From contig CAVYBH010000008.1 of assembly GCA_963766715.1 (NCBI GenBank), forward strand, positions 800,001 to 864,000: 64,000 nucleotides of DNA, read 5' to 3'. This DNA is from an uncultured delta proteobacterium. GTDB taxonomy: Bacteria; Myxococcota; Myxococcia; Myxococcales; Anaeromyxobacteraceae. Of the stretch, positions 53,094-63,392 are shown piece after piece (position 1 is the stretch's first letter; the number at the start of each line of letters is the position of its first letter). The notes below the pieces were generated by a model, which searched no databases, was not told where the DNA came from, and worked only from the letters and a program-made list of their open reading frames with translations. The position numbers were made by a program, and so were the translations under genes.

Positions 53094-55628
53094 TCATTCG
53101 CTCGCCTTGTTGTTGCGTCCCGCGGCCTGGAGCTTCTTCACGTCCTCGGGGGTGAGCTTCGGCCGGTCGATGGTGAGCGTGATCTTCCCGAGCTTCCCGG
53201 TGAAGGCGAACGGCACCTGGTAGTCGCGATCGTCGACGGGCGTGCCGGTGTCGGAGCCGACGTCCAGGTTCTCGTCCCATTGGAGAATCAGCGGGATGGT
53301 GTGCTCCATCTTCTGCTCGGCGACGACCTTGCCGTCCACCTTGAGCACGCCGGTGCCGCTGCGCCCGATGCCGCTCAGGTTGTTGTAGGCGAGCGTGCCC
53401 ATGCCGAGCCCGTCGTACTTGAAGTCGAACTCGACGACGTGCTTGCCGGGGGACAGCGCCTCCGGCGCCTCCCACTTGATCCGCTTCAGGTCGACCAGGT
53501 TCCAGGTGAAGACCGGCTTCCCCTTGAGCAGGTAGAACCCGTAGCCGCCGAAGCGGCCGCCCTGGGTGATGAGCACGCCTTCCGCGCCCCCCTGCGGGAC
53601 CTCGATCTCCGCCTTGAAGTCATAGGAAGCGTTCAGGACGCTGGGCGCGTCGCCGTTGGGCGTGCCGGTGAGGGGCCGGGTCCAGGTGAACGCGTTGCGC
53701 CCCGCCGTGATGCTGGGGCGCGGCGTGACGAGGCGGGTCGCCACGGTCGCGTCGAGCGGCATGACGTTGTACTTCTTCGCCTCCTCCCAGAAGATCTTCT
53801 CGAGCTCCTTCACCTTCTTCGGGTACTTCGACGCGACGTCGTTCGACTGCGTCCAGTCGTTCCGGAGGTCGTAGAGCTCCCAGGGATACGCAGCCGGATC
53901 CTGGCTCACCGGCGCCAAGGTGACCCAGGGCGGCCGCATCACCTTCGTGCTGGCGATCCAGCCGTCGTGGTAGATGGCGTGGTCGCCCATCATCTCGAAG
54001 TACTGGGTCCTGTGGGTCGACGGGGCCTTCGCGTTCTTCGCATCGAACGTGTAGGCCATGCTCACGCCCTCGATCGGGCTCTGCTTGATCCCGTCGACGA
54101 ACTCGGGCGCCCGGATGCGCGCCGCCTCGAGGATCGTCGGCACGACGTCGATGACGTGGTGGAACTGCTCGCGGATTCCGCCCTTGTCCTTGATGACGGC
54201 CGGCCACGAGATGGCCATGCCCTGCCGGATGCCGCCGAAGTGCGACGCCACCTGCTTGGTCCAGGAGAACGGCGCGTCGAACGCCCAGGACCACGGGACC
54301 GCCATGTGGTTGTAGGTCTTGTCCGTGCCCCAGACGTCATAGAAGTACTTGAGCTGGGCCTCGACGGGGACCTCGACGCCGTTGAACATCGCGACCTCGT
54401 TCGGCGTGCCGACGAGCGTCCCCTCGGCCGACGAGCCGTTGTCCCCGCTGATGTAGATGATGATCGTGTTGTCGAGCCTGCCCAGGTCCTCGACCGCCTG
54501 GATGACCCGGCCGATCTCGTTGTCCGTGTACATGAGGTAGGCGGCGTACACGTCCACCTGGCGGAGGAACATCTTCTTCTCGTCGGCGGACAGCGCGTCC
54601 CACCGCTTCAGGAGGTCGTCCGGCCAGGGGGTCATCTTCGCGTCCTGCGGGATGACGCCGAGCTTCTTCTGGTTCGCGAAGATCTGCTCGCGCAGCTCGT
54701 TCCAGCCCTTGTCGAAGAGGTGCATCCCGGTCGCCTTCTTGACCCACTCCGGCGTCGGGTGGTGCGGCGCGTGCGTCCCGCCGGGCACGTAGTAGACGAA
54801 GAAGGGCTGGTCGGGCGTGAGGGTGTCGACCTGGTTCATGTAGTCGATGGCCTCGTCGGCCATGGCGGTCGTCAGGTTGAAGCCGGGGTTCCCCTGGAAC
54901 GGGTAGATGTACGTCGTGTTGCGGGCCAGGTTGGCGGGCTGCCACTGGTTCGTGTCGCCGCCCATGAAGCCGTAGAAGTACTCGAAGCCCATTCCGATGG
55001 GCCACTGGTCGAAGGGCCCGATGGCGGACGCCTGGAACGCCGGCGTGTTGTGGTTCTTCCCGAACCAGGAGGTCCGGTAGCCGTTGTCCTTCAGGATCTT
55101 GCCGATGGTTGCCTTGTCCTTCGTGATGAACGAGTCGTAGCCGGGGTATCCCGTGGCCTGCTCGGAGATCACGCCGAAGCCCGCCGAGTGGTGGTTTCGC
55201 CCGGTGATGAGCGCCGCCCGCGTCGGCGAGCAGAGGGCCGTCGAGTGGAAGTTCGTGTACCGCAGGCCGTTCGCCGCGATCCGATCGAGGGCGGGCGTGG
55301 GGATCACGCCACCGAAGGTCGACGGCGCTCCGTAGCCCACGTCATCGGTCATGATGAGGAGCACGTTGGGAGCGCCCTTGGGCGGCACCACGCGCGACGG
55401 CCACCAGGGCGTCGACTGGGCGGCGTTGCGCTCGACCTTCCCTCCGAACTTCTGCGGAGGCGGCGGAAGCTGCTTGCCGTCGATGGTCGTGGTCGCCGCC
55501 GGCGAGCCAGGGACTCCCGAAGTCCCCTGGGCCCGGGGCGTGGGTCCCGGAACGAGGACGAGCGTCAAGGCGGCGAGAATGGAGGCCCGGCCGAAGTTCG
55601 CGGCCAGGCGTGGACGAAGAGCACTCAT
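53094..55628 (-). CDS. Large secreted arylsulfatase (Cys-type)
   Basis: PNVLLIMTDD; LCSPTRAALITGRNHH; GDNG; C-terminal beta-sandwich-like domain. Confidence 0.95.
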   Translation of the reverse strand: MSALRPRLAANFGRASILAALTLVLVPGPTPRAQGTSGVPGSPAATTTIDGKQLPPPPQKFGGKVERNAAQSTPWWPSRVVPPKGAPNVLLIMTDDVGYGAPSTFGGVIPTPALDRIAANGLRYTNFHSTALCSPTRAALITGRNHHSAGFGVISEQATGYPGYDSFITKDKATIGKILKDNGYRTSWFGKNHNTPAFQASAIGPFDQWPIGMGFEYFYGFMGGDTNQWQPANLARNTTYIYPFQGNPGFNLTTAMADEAIDYMNQVDTLTPDQPFFVYYVPGGTHAPHHPTPEWVKKATGMHLFDKGWNELREQIFANQKKLGVIPQDAKMTPWPDDLLKRWDALSADEKKMFLRQVDVYAAYLMYTDNEIGRVIQAVEDLGRLDNTIIIYISGDNGSSAEGTLVGTPNEVAMFNGVEVPVEAQLKYFYDVWGTDKTYNHMAVPWSWAFDAPFSWTKQVASHFGGIRQGMAISWPAVIKDKGGIREQFHHVIDVVPTILEAARIRAPEFVDGIKQSPIEGVSMAYTFDAKNAKAPSTHRTQYFEMMGDHAIYHDGWIASTKVMRPPWVTLAPVSQDPAAYPWELYDLRNDWTQSNDVASKYPKKVKELEKIFWEEAKKYNVMPLDATVATRLVTPRPSITAGRNAFTWTRPLTGTPNGDAPSVLNASYDFKAEIEVPQGGAEGVLITQGGRFGGYGFYLLKGKPVFTWNLVDLKRIKWEAPEALSPGKHVVEFDFKYDGLGMGTLAYNNLSGIGRSGTGVLKVDGKVVAEQKMEHTIPLILQWDENLDVGSDTGTPVDDRDYQVPFAFTGKLGKITLTIDRPKLTPEDVKKLQAAGRNNKASE

Positions 55629-55651
55629 GAAGGGTTCCCCCGTTTCGAAGT

Positions 55652-55724
55652 TGAAGCCTCGGCTCCAACGAAGCAGCGCCATATGGAGGCGGCGCCGGGC
55701 CGATCAATGTGTTTTGTGCACCCC
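55652..55724 (-). promoter_or_regulatory. Upstream element, copy 1
   Basis: 60/73 identical without gaps to 56431-56503 (hand count). Confidence 0.75.
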
Positions 55725-55785
55725 CGCGACGAACGGCAAGCGATTGCTTGCGACCCTGCAGGGGCGGAGGCGCCGCGAGGCGGGG

Positions 55786-56415
55786 TCACAGGTAGACGCG
55801 CATGAAGAGCACGGCCTCGAGTCCCATGCCGAACTTGCTGCGAGAGACGGTGGCGGACTGGCCTCCGCCGGTGACCGTCGGGTCGAGGTACCACCGGAAG
55901 GCCATCTGGGCCTCGGCGCCGACGGAGAAGGCCCGGACGATTGCCCATTCGATTCCGAGGGTGGGGCTCACGTAGAGGTCGGCCTCGGTGGCGCTCACGC
56001 TGGTCCTGTCGAGAAGGGTCGCGCTGGTGCCGTTGAAGATCATCCCGATCCGGGCGCCGCCGTAGACGCCAAGCGGGCGGACGGGACGCATCACGTAGAA
56101 GCCACCCAGCCCCACCTGGACCGCGTAGCCACCGTTGGGCTCGACACCGCCGGTGACGATCGACGCAGCCGACGCGCCCTTGCCGATGTACCAGTAGCCG
56201 AAGTTGGGCTCGAGCCGGAAGCTCTCGCCCAGGTTGAAGGTGGCGTAGATGGAAACGGGCGGCGTGGCCGGGGTTCCGCCCGTGTAGGCGTTCCCGAGTC
56301 CCACCCCGACGCCCAGGCCGAATCCGGGGACCGATTCCTCCTTCTTCTCCTCGGCGCGTGCCGACGAGACGCCGAGAAGTGCGACGACCGCCACGGCGAT
56401 GGTCTTGCGATTCAT
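55786..56415 (-). CDS. Small outer-membrane beta-barrel protein
   Basis: Signal peptide; alternating Gly/aromatic strands; ends FMRVYL. Confidence 0.8.
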   Translation of the reverse strand: MNRKTIAVAVVALLGVSSARAEEKKEESVPGFGLGVGVGLGNAYTGGTPATPPVSIYATFNLGESFRLEPNFGYWYIGKGASAASIVTGGVEPNGGYAVQVGLGGFYVMRPVRPLGVYGGARIGMIFNGTSATLLDRTSVSATEADLYVSPTLGIEWAIVRAFSVGAEAQMAFRWYLDPTVTGGGQSATVSRSKFGMGLEAVLFMRVYL

Positions 56416-56430
56416 GGATCCCCCCTCGGG

Positions 56431-56503
56431 TGAAGCCCCGGCTCCGGCGATGCGTCGCCATATGGAGAGGGGATCGCGCCGATCAATGCGTTTTGTGCAC
56501 CCC
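56431..56503 (-). promoter_or_regulatory. Upstream element, copy 2
   Basis: GTGCACAAAAC-NN-ATTGATC-N16-CATATG on minus strand, as in copy 1. Confidence 0.75.
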
Positions 56504-56583
56504 TGACGGCGAACGACCGCTTACTGCCCCGAAGGGTCGAGGATCGGCATGAACCTCGCGCGTATGGCCGTTAGCCAGGGGCG

Positions 56584-57657
56584 ATGGCCCCTCGCGTAGC
56601 CACGCCCCCTTCCCCGTCCAGAGCCATGCCTGCAGGCGTGTGGGGCAGGGTCGAGCTCGACGACTTCGATGCGGTCGCCTCCGTCAACACGGTCTTCACC
56701 GACCGGTACACCCAGATCGGGAGGGGACGGGCGGTGGTTCGCGCGGCACTGGCCACGACCGCGCGGATGCAGATCGTGTCCGTGGCTCGTTCACCCGGAG
56801 TCCGTATCCAGGGAGCCTCGACGGCTGCGACGAGCCTCCTCGCCATCCCGATCGAGGGCTCCGCCCTGCACCTCCAGGGCGTGCCGTGGGCCCCCGGAAC
56901 CCTCGGGTACGCTCCTCCCGCCCTCGAGTACGAGATCCTGAGCGCCGCACCCCACCGGATGCTCGCCGTCGCGGTGGACCCCGAACGCCTCGATGCCGTG
57001 GCCCTCGAGCGCTGGGGCGCCCCCATGCCGAAGACCTGCTCCGGCCCCTGCTTCCGCACGAAGGATCCCGCGGCCGTCAGGCGGGTCGCCCGGACGTGGA
57101 CGCGCTGGCTCGTGGCCGGGATGCGCCATCCGTGGATGCTCCAGGATCCGGCGGCAGCCGAGCGGATGGAGGAGGAGGTGCTCGGCGCCTACCTGGATGC
57201 GGTGGTCCCCGAGCCCTGGCAGCGCGCCGTGACCCCGCGGCCGGAACTCGCCCGCCGGGCCGAGGCGTACATCCGAAGGTCACTCCGGGACCCCACCCGG
57301 ATCGACGACATCTGCTCGGCGGTCACCGCCTCGACGCGTGCCCTGCACAACGCCTTCAAGCAGGTCTACGGGATCCCGCCGAAGTCCTACCAGAAGGCCC
57401 TCCGGCTCGCGGAGGTCCGGCGCGAGCTGCGGGAGGGGCGCAAGGAAACGTCGGTGTCCACGACGGCCGTGAAGTGGGGCTTCTACCAGCTCGGGTACTT
57501 CGCCATGGACTACCGCCGCATGTTCGGCGAGCGGCCGAGCGAGACGCTCCAGGCAGGGCGCGGGGGGCGGAGACCCGTCGAGGTCCCCGCCTCTCTCGCC
57601 TTCACGCCGCGTACGGATGGAGCCGGAGGCCAGGCGCCCAGCGGCGGTGATCGCTAG
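56584..57657 (+). CDS. AraC family regulator (EutR-like)
   Basis: RRAEAYIR; RALHNAFKQVYGIPPKSY; WGFYQLGYFAMDYRRMFGERPSETL. Confidence 0.93.
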   Translation: MAPRVATPPSPSRAMPAGVWGRVELDDFDAVASVNTVFTDRYTQIGRGRAVVRAALATTARMQIVSVARSPGVRIQGASTAATSLLAIPIEGSALHLQGVPWAPGTLGYAPPALEYEILSAAPHRMLAVAVDPERLDAVALERWGAPMPKTCSGPCFRTKDPAAVRRVARTWTRWLVAGMRHPWMLQDPAAAERMEEEVLGAYLDAVVPEPWQRAVTPRPELARRAEAYIRRSLRDPTRIDDICSAVTASTRALHNAFKQVYGIPPKSYQKALRLAEVRRELREGRKETSVSTTAVKWGFYQLGYFAMDYRRMFGERPSETLQAGRGGRRPVEVPASLAFTPRTDGAGGQAPSGGDR

Positions 57658-58337
57658 TTGGACGTACCGGGCTCGCCGTGCGCCTCGCGAGCCACCGGCG
57701 CCGCACCGGGCCGGAGGCCGAATCGCTCGGGGAACTGCTTGACGATCCCGGCCGAGAGCACGTCCGCCACCATGAGCATGTGCTCGTGCCCCTTGTCGTA
57801 CGCGGCGATCGCGGCGGCGGTGTCCCCGTGGAGCTTCGCGACGACTGCTGCGGTGGTCATGGCGAGGTGGCCGCGAAGCGCGTCCTTCAGCGCCTGGAGA
57901 GGCCAGTTGGGGTTCGCGGAGGAGAGGAACGCGGCGATCTCGTCCGCGTTCGCGTCCCAGCGCCGGGTCGCCTGCTCCTGGGCCGCCGCATTCCCGCCCT
58001 TGGCGGCCTTCACCAGGTCGGCGGCGACGAGGATGTGGTCCCGGAGCAACGCCGCGAGCTCGTTGCCGGCGGCCTCGCCGTAGAACGGCTTCACCGCGTT
58101 CCCGATGTCGTCCTGGTTCCGGAGGAGCCGGGCGGCGACCTGGCCTGCGTCGTCCCCACCGTGGATGACGGCCGTGTAGAAGAAGGCCGTGTAGGTGACG
58201 TGGTCCTCCCAGAGCTTTCGCATGGCGTCGTGGAACTGCTCCCGGGAGGCGACGGCCTTCGCGCTCCCTTCGTGAGCCAAGGCGGGCGCTGCGAGGGTCA
58301 GGGCCAGGACTGCCATTCCCAAGGAAAGTCGCTTCAT
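57654..58337 (-). CDS. Secreted helical-bundle protein with spaced His residues
   Basis: MRKLWEDH; RLLRN..D; YG..AG; DH; NADEIAAFL...NP; GH; HML..AD.L..GI.KQFP. Confidence 0.8.
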   Translation of the reverse strand: MKRLSLGMAVLALTLAAPALAHEGSAKAVASREQFHDAMRKLWEDHVTYTAFFYTAVIHGGDDAGQVAARLLRNQDDIGNAVKPFYGEAAGNELAALLRDHILVAADLVKAAKGGNAAAQEQATRRWDANADEIAAFLSSANPNWPLQALKDALRGHLAMTTAAVVAKLHGDTAAAIAAYDKGHEHMLMVADVLSAGIVKQFPERFGLRPGAAPVAREAHGEPGTSN

Positions 58338-58549
58338 GGTGTTCTCCCATCGGGCCAGCCTGCCGGGCCCGTCCGGCATCGAGCCCACCAGGACTCGTGC
58401 GGATTGGATGAAGCCCAGGGGGCGGTGGTTACGGCTCGGCCGGGAGCGCCAAGTAAGCGCTTGGTCTCCGAGCCCCAATTGAGTCGCAGCGGGGAAGCCG
58501 CGCGCCACACATCGTCTGGCCGACGCCAGCACCCACTGGCGGAGAGACC

Positions 58550-60103
58550 ATGACGAACGAGATCCGAGTCGCGTCCGCGGCGGTGTTAGCCCTGCTCGCG
58601 GCCGCCTGTGGCGGCACGGCCAATCCCGGCACCACCCCGGAACTCTCGGTGAGCCCGAGCACACGGACGGTCACGGCCGGCTCGCCGGCCTCGACCTTCA
58701 CGGCCGCGCTGACGAACGGCAGCGCCACGATCAGCTGGTCGCTGGCGCCGGCGCAGGGCACGCTCTCCGCGGCGACGGGCCCCTCGACGGACTACACGCC
58801 GCCCCTGTCGATTGGAAGCACCACGTCGGTCACGCTGACGGCCACCGCCGGGGCGCTCACGGCCACCGCGACCATCATCGTGAACCCCGCGGGCAGCGGC
58901 ACCGTCACGGTGAACGGGAAGGTGCTCCTCGGACGGACGCCGCTCGCGGGTGCACCGGTGCGCATCGACCCCGGCGCGCACACCACCACCGCGGCGGCGG
59001 ACGGTACCTTCACCCTCTCCGGCGTCACGACCCCGTACGCGCTATCGGCCATCCACGCTGCGGGAAAGGTCGCGGTCGTCTACGCCGGCCTCACGCGAGC
59101 GGATCCGACCGCGGTCATCCCGTCGGGCGGGACGGTGACGTTCACGAACCACGGCAAGGTGTCGGGAACGGTCGAGGCCAGCACCGGATGCCGATCGGGC
59201 ACGGCTGCCTGCGAGAACAACCTCGGCTTCGGCTCGCCGGTCGCGAGCGGCGTCGCCTCCGACGGCGTCCTGACCCCCGGCCAGTACTCGATCAACCTCG
59301 GGTGGGACGGCGCGACCTCGGTCCCGGGCACCCTGCACCTGCTCCAGGCGAGCACGAACCCAATCGGCGCGACGACGTCCTACTGGTACGGCTCGAAGAC
59401 CGGGGTGACCGTCACGAACGGCGGCGACACGGTCGAGAGCTGGGATCCATCCTCGGTGGCGCCACTCCCGGCCGCGACCCTGAGCGGAACGGGGACGGTG
59501 GCCTCCGGCTACACCATCCAGGATGCGACCCTGTTGCTCGCCCTGCCGAACGTGACCCTCCATGCGACCACCTGCAGCTCCTCCCTGCCGCCGGTGGAGC
59601 CCCCGTGCGCTCCGGGAGCGTTCCGGGCGTGGGTGCCCGACGTCGCCGGCGCCACCCTGACCAGCGCCGTCGTCGCCCTCGGGCCGCACGGGGAGAGCGT
59701 GGTCACAGTACGGACGGGAGGGGTCGCCAACGGCAGCGGCTTCGACTTCGCGATCCAGGCGGGCCCGAGCCTCCAGGCGCCCGCCAACGGCGCAACGGGG
59801 GTGAGCACCGCCACCCCGTTCTCCTGGACGGCCTTCTCCGGGGGCATCCACGTCGTCGCGTTCGAACCCACCACGGCGACCGACCCCGTGTTCTACGTCT
59901 ACACGTCCGGGACGAGCGCTACCGTTCCGGACCTGGGCGGCTTGTCGGCCGCCGGCGCGCTGCCGGCCGGTGCAGCCTACACTTGGGGAGTCACCGCCTA
60001 CGCGCCAGCGACCGTCGACGCGTGGGCGAGCCCGAGCGGACCCCCGCTCGGGAATCCGAGCACCTCCGGGTTCTCCCAGGCGTTCGGCTTCACCACGCGG
60101 TAG
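58550..60103 (+). CDS. Thr/Gly-rich surface lipoprotein with Ig-like domains
   Basis: LLAAAC lipobox; ADGTFTLSGV; PANGATGV; beta-rich composition. Confidence 0.8.
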   Translation: MTNEIRVASAAVLALLAAACGGTANPGTTPELSVSPSTRTVTAGSPASTFTAALTNGSATISWSLAPAQGTLSAATGPSTDYTPPLSIGSTTSVTLTATAGALTATATIIVNPAGSGTVTVNGKVLLGRTPLAGAPVRIDPGAHTTTAAADGTFTLSGVTTPYALSAIHAAGKVAVVYAGLTRADPTAVIPSGGTVTFTNHGKVSGTVEASTGCRSGTAACENNLGFGSPVASGVASDGVLTPGQYSINLGWDGATSVPGTLHLLQASTNPIGATTSYWYGSKTGVTVTNGGDTVESWDPSSVAPLPAATLSGTGTVASGYTIQDATLLLALPNVTLHATTCSSSLPPVEPPCAPGAFRAWVPDVAGATLTSAVVALGPHGESVVTVRTGGVANGSGFDFAIQAGPSLQAPANGATGVSTATPFSWTAFSGGIHVVAFEPTTATDPVFYVYTSGTSATVPDLGGLSAAGALPAGAAYTWGVTAYAPATVDAWASPSGPPLGNPSTSGFSQAFGFTTR

Positions 60104-60106
60104 GGC

Positions 60107-62324
60107 TCACGCCGGAACGGGCTCCGTGGGCAGCTCCATCCGGAAGACCGAGCCCTTGTCGACCTCGCTCTCGACGGTGAGCGTTCCGCCGTGCGCGCCG
60201 ACGATCGCGCTGCAGATGGAGAGCCCCAGGCCGGTGCCCTGACCGGGCGCGCGTGTCGTGAAGAACGGGTCGAAGATGCGCTGCAGGTTCTCCGGCTGGA
60301 TGCCGACGCCGTTGTCGGAGACCTCCATCCGCGCTTGCCCTGGCGGGGAGCGACGCAGCCGCACCACGACCTCGCCCGCGCGCCCCTCCGGGATGGCGAG
60401 GCACGCGTTGCTCAGGAGGTTCACGACGACCTGCTCGACCTGCCCCTCCGACGCCATCACGTCGGGGACGTCCTCCACCTGGAGCCGGATCCTGGCCCGG
60501 CCCGCGGTGGACTCGGGGAGCCACTGGAGGCTCTTCCGGATCGTCTCGGCCAGCCGGATCGGGTGACGTTGCCGGTCCGGCAGCCCGAAGATCGAGAGAT
60601 CCCTCACGATGCGCGCGATGCGCTCGGCGCTCGACTTCACGTCGGCGAGCATCTCGCGCACCTCCCGGACGCCGTGGTGCAGGCACGTCCGGTCCACCTC
60701 GACCCCGCGAGCGAGCGCACCCTCCAGGGCATCCACGTCCTCGAGCACCGTCCCCGTGTTCGACATCAGGGCGGCGAGCGGGTTGTTCACCTCGTGTGCA
60801 ACCCCGGCGACGAGCGTCCCCAGGGACGCCAGCCGGGAGGCCAGCGCGAGCTTCGCCTGGAGCGCCCGCGACTCGGTGACGTCCAAGAGGGTGACGAGGA
60901 GATCCTCGCCCACCGGGGTGCCGCCGATGGACATCGTCCGCACCGTTCCGTCCTTGCAAGCCACCCGGTATTCCCGGGGCTCGATCTCCTTGCCGGTGGC
61001 CGCCGCACTTCGGATCCCCTCGTCCCAGGTCCTCGAGACCCAGCCTCGGTAGGCGTCGTCGGGATAGGCCTTTCGAAGCCATACGTCGAGCGTCGGGACG
61101 TCCTCGAGCGTGTACCCGAGCACCTCGGTGAACCTGGGGTTGATGGTCAGGATCTCCCGGCGTGCGCTGTTGAACGCCAGGGGAATCGGCAGCGCGGAGA
61201 CGAGCTGGCGGAAGTGCTCCTCGCTCCGGCGCAGGGCTTCCTCCGCCCTCTTCCGCACGCCGATGTCCTGCAGGATGGACACCAGGTAGTCGATGCCGCC
61301 ATCGGCCTTTCGCGTGCAGCTGACGGAGAGCAGGGCCCAGAGGACGCTTCCGTCCTTGCGGATGTATCGCTTGTCGAGCGAGTAGCGATCGATCTCCCCA
61401 GCCCGGAGGCGGTCGAAGGCCGCGTTCGTGGCCGGGAGGTCGTCGGGATGGGTCAGCTGGAGCCAGGTCATCCCCTCCAGCTCCTCCCGGGAGTACCCGA
61501 GCATGGCGCAGATCGTCACGTTGACCCGGAGCCACTGCTTGTCCGGCCCCGTGACGGAGACGCCGACGGCGGGTGACTCGAAGTAGGCGCGAAGCTGGAC
61601 CTCGCGCTCGCGGGCCTCCGCTTCCGCCCGCTTCCGCTCCGTGATGTCCTGGAGGAAGCAGACCATCATCCCCTGCTCGACGAGCCTCACCGCGGCGGAC
61701 ACGCGGACGGTGCCCCCGTCCTTCTTCCGGTGGCTGGTCTCGAACCGGTCGAAGCCCCTGGCCGCAATCCTCCGGATGCGCGCCGTCACCTCGTCGGCGC
61801 CCTCCTCGGCCTCCAGGTCGGAGATGCGCATCCGGAGCAGCTCTTCCTTGGTGTAGCCGGTCATCGCGCAGTAGGCGGGGTTCACGTCGACGAGGTGGCC
61901 GGCCGGGTCCACCACCCAGAACCCGTCGAGCGCGGTGTCGAGGATCGTTCGCAGGTACTGCGCGTGCCGATGCTCGGCCTCGGCGCCCATCACCCGCGCG
62001 TCGACGTCCTGGCAGATCGCGATGAAGCAATCGTCGGAGAGCTTGACCGCCCGGAGACGCGCCCAGAACCTCTGCGTTTCCCGCCCGCAGGAGCTGGTAG
62101 TTCCGCTCCAGGCGCCCGGTGGTCGCGAGCACCCGGAAGTCCTCCATCACCGATGCACGATCCTCGGCAGGATGGAGATCGCCGATGTTCATCGCCCGGA
62201 GCGTCTCGGCGTCGACTCCCACCATCTCCAGCGCGGCGGGATTCCAGTCGACGTAGCGGCCCTGGCCGTCGACCACGAACATCGCGTCCGGGGATGCCTC
62301 GAAGAAGGCCCGGTCCCGCGTCAT
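60107..62324 (-). CDS. Multi-PAS sensor histidine kinase (frameshift near 62.0-62.1 kb)
   Basis: 4 PAS blocks; LASLGTLVAGVAHEVNNPL; PFFTT; GTGLGL. Confidence 0.9.
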
Positions 62325-62486
62325 CGTCGGTGAAGCCTGGACTTGCCTTCCCACGCAGGGACACCTCGCGCGCCTGGAGCCGCGGAGTCCCCCACTCCGG
62401 TTGAGGCCGAAAAAGAGAAATTCTCATCAACGGCGGGATTGATCAATCAGGGAGGCCGTCCAAAAGGGTCTGGGCGGGCGCCGGCG

Positions 62487-62774
62487 TCAACGTGACTTCG
62501 CGGAAGGGCGTGCCGCCCTTCGACCCGGCCGCGACCGCTGGAACGCCTCGCTGGCCGCCTGGAGGTCCGACGCCATCGTCTCCCGGGTCAGCTCGAAGCG
62601 CTCGAGCAGGGCGCGGACTCCCGATCGGAGCTCGCTGGCGTGCACCTTGCGCGCGTCCTCGGCTGCATCGGCTCGCTCGAGTCGCTCCGCCCTGAACCGG
62701 CCGAGCATCACCTTGATCCCGTTGCCGAGCGCCCCCATGGTCGCCGGGGTGAAGCTGGTGAGCTGGGGCCTCAT
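62487..62774 (-). CDS. GvpC-like protein with 33-aa periodicity
   Basis: Directly downstream of gvpA; IKVMLGRFRAERLERA recurs 33 residues later as VRALLERFELTRETMA. Confidence 0.6.
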   Translation of the reverse strand: MRPQLTSFTPATMGALGNGIKVMLGRFRAERLERADAAEDARKVHASELRSGVRALLERFELTRETMASDLQAASEAFQRSRPGRRAARPSAKSR

Positions 62775-62871
62775 GGCGGAACCCTCGTCCCTTCCTGGTT
62801 GGGCTGAAATGCGTCCGCTCCCTGGGCCGCTGCGAGCGAGCCCGGGGAGCGGAAACATCGGCGGGCTTCGA

Positions 62872-63093
62872 CTACGCGTTCGGAGCGGCGGCGGTGGCGG
62901 TCAGGCCGATCGCCTCGGCGTACTTGAGGTAGGTCTCGACGGACGCGATGACGACGCGGGCCTCGATCGAGAGCAGCTCGATGCCGACCAGGGAGACCTT
63001 GGCCCAGGCGTCGATCACGATGCCCTTGTCGAGGATCCGGTCCACCACTTCTGCGAGGCTCGACGAGTCGGTGGACTTCATGACCTTTGCCAT
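62872..63093 (-). CDS. gvpA: Gas vesicle structural protein GvpA
   Basis: [63 protein letters not shown]. Confidence 0.97.
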   Translation of the reverse strand: MAKVMKSTDSSSLAEVVDRILDKGIVIDAWAKVSLVGIELLSIEARVVIASVETYLKYAEAIGLTATAAAPNA

Positions 63094-63148
63094 ACAACCT
63101 CCAACCACATGTGGGAGTCGCTCGATTGCGATCTCTTCCTGGAGCAAG

Positions 63149-63165
63149 AGCATCGGCCGTGCCAG
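63149..63165 (-). promoter_or_regulatory. Sigma-54 (-24/-12) promoter upstream of gvpA
   Basis: CTGGCACGGCCGATGCT matches TGGCAC-N5-TTGC with one mismatch; 55 bp upstream of the ATG. Confidence 0.75.
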
Positions 63166-63392
63166 GGGGTGGGTGGCTCCGCGCGGCGTGACGGGGGGCG
63201 AGTTTGCTCGTCTTTCGCGAGTGCCCGCGAGCGCAACCGCGGGAGCGCGTTCCCCCTGGGGGAGCCCATTCCCGCGATGCACGCGGAACGCGTTTCCCGT
63301 CGTTGCGTCGATGGACCTCTGAACGGGTCCTTGCGGCGCCGGGTGGCCAGGCAACACCATCGGGTGCGTCTACCCCATCGGGAGCCACCGTC

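Noticed and set aside
53043..55805. 920-aa plus-strand ORF (similarly 1402-3096 and 48561-50273)
   Set aside because: Antisense shadows of the sulfatases and ALDH
55652..56503. CRISPR repeat, IS ends or known riboswitch
   Set aside because: Only two direct copies, each at a gene start; no cas or transposase; no aptamer recognised
58441..58470. Hairpin upstream of the surface lipoprotein as an ncRNA
   Set aside because: Single imperfect stem with no recognisable motif
62872..63360. 162-aa N-terminally extended GvpA
   Set aside because: RBS and promoter position support the ATG at 63093
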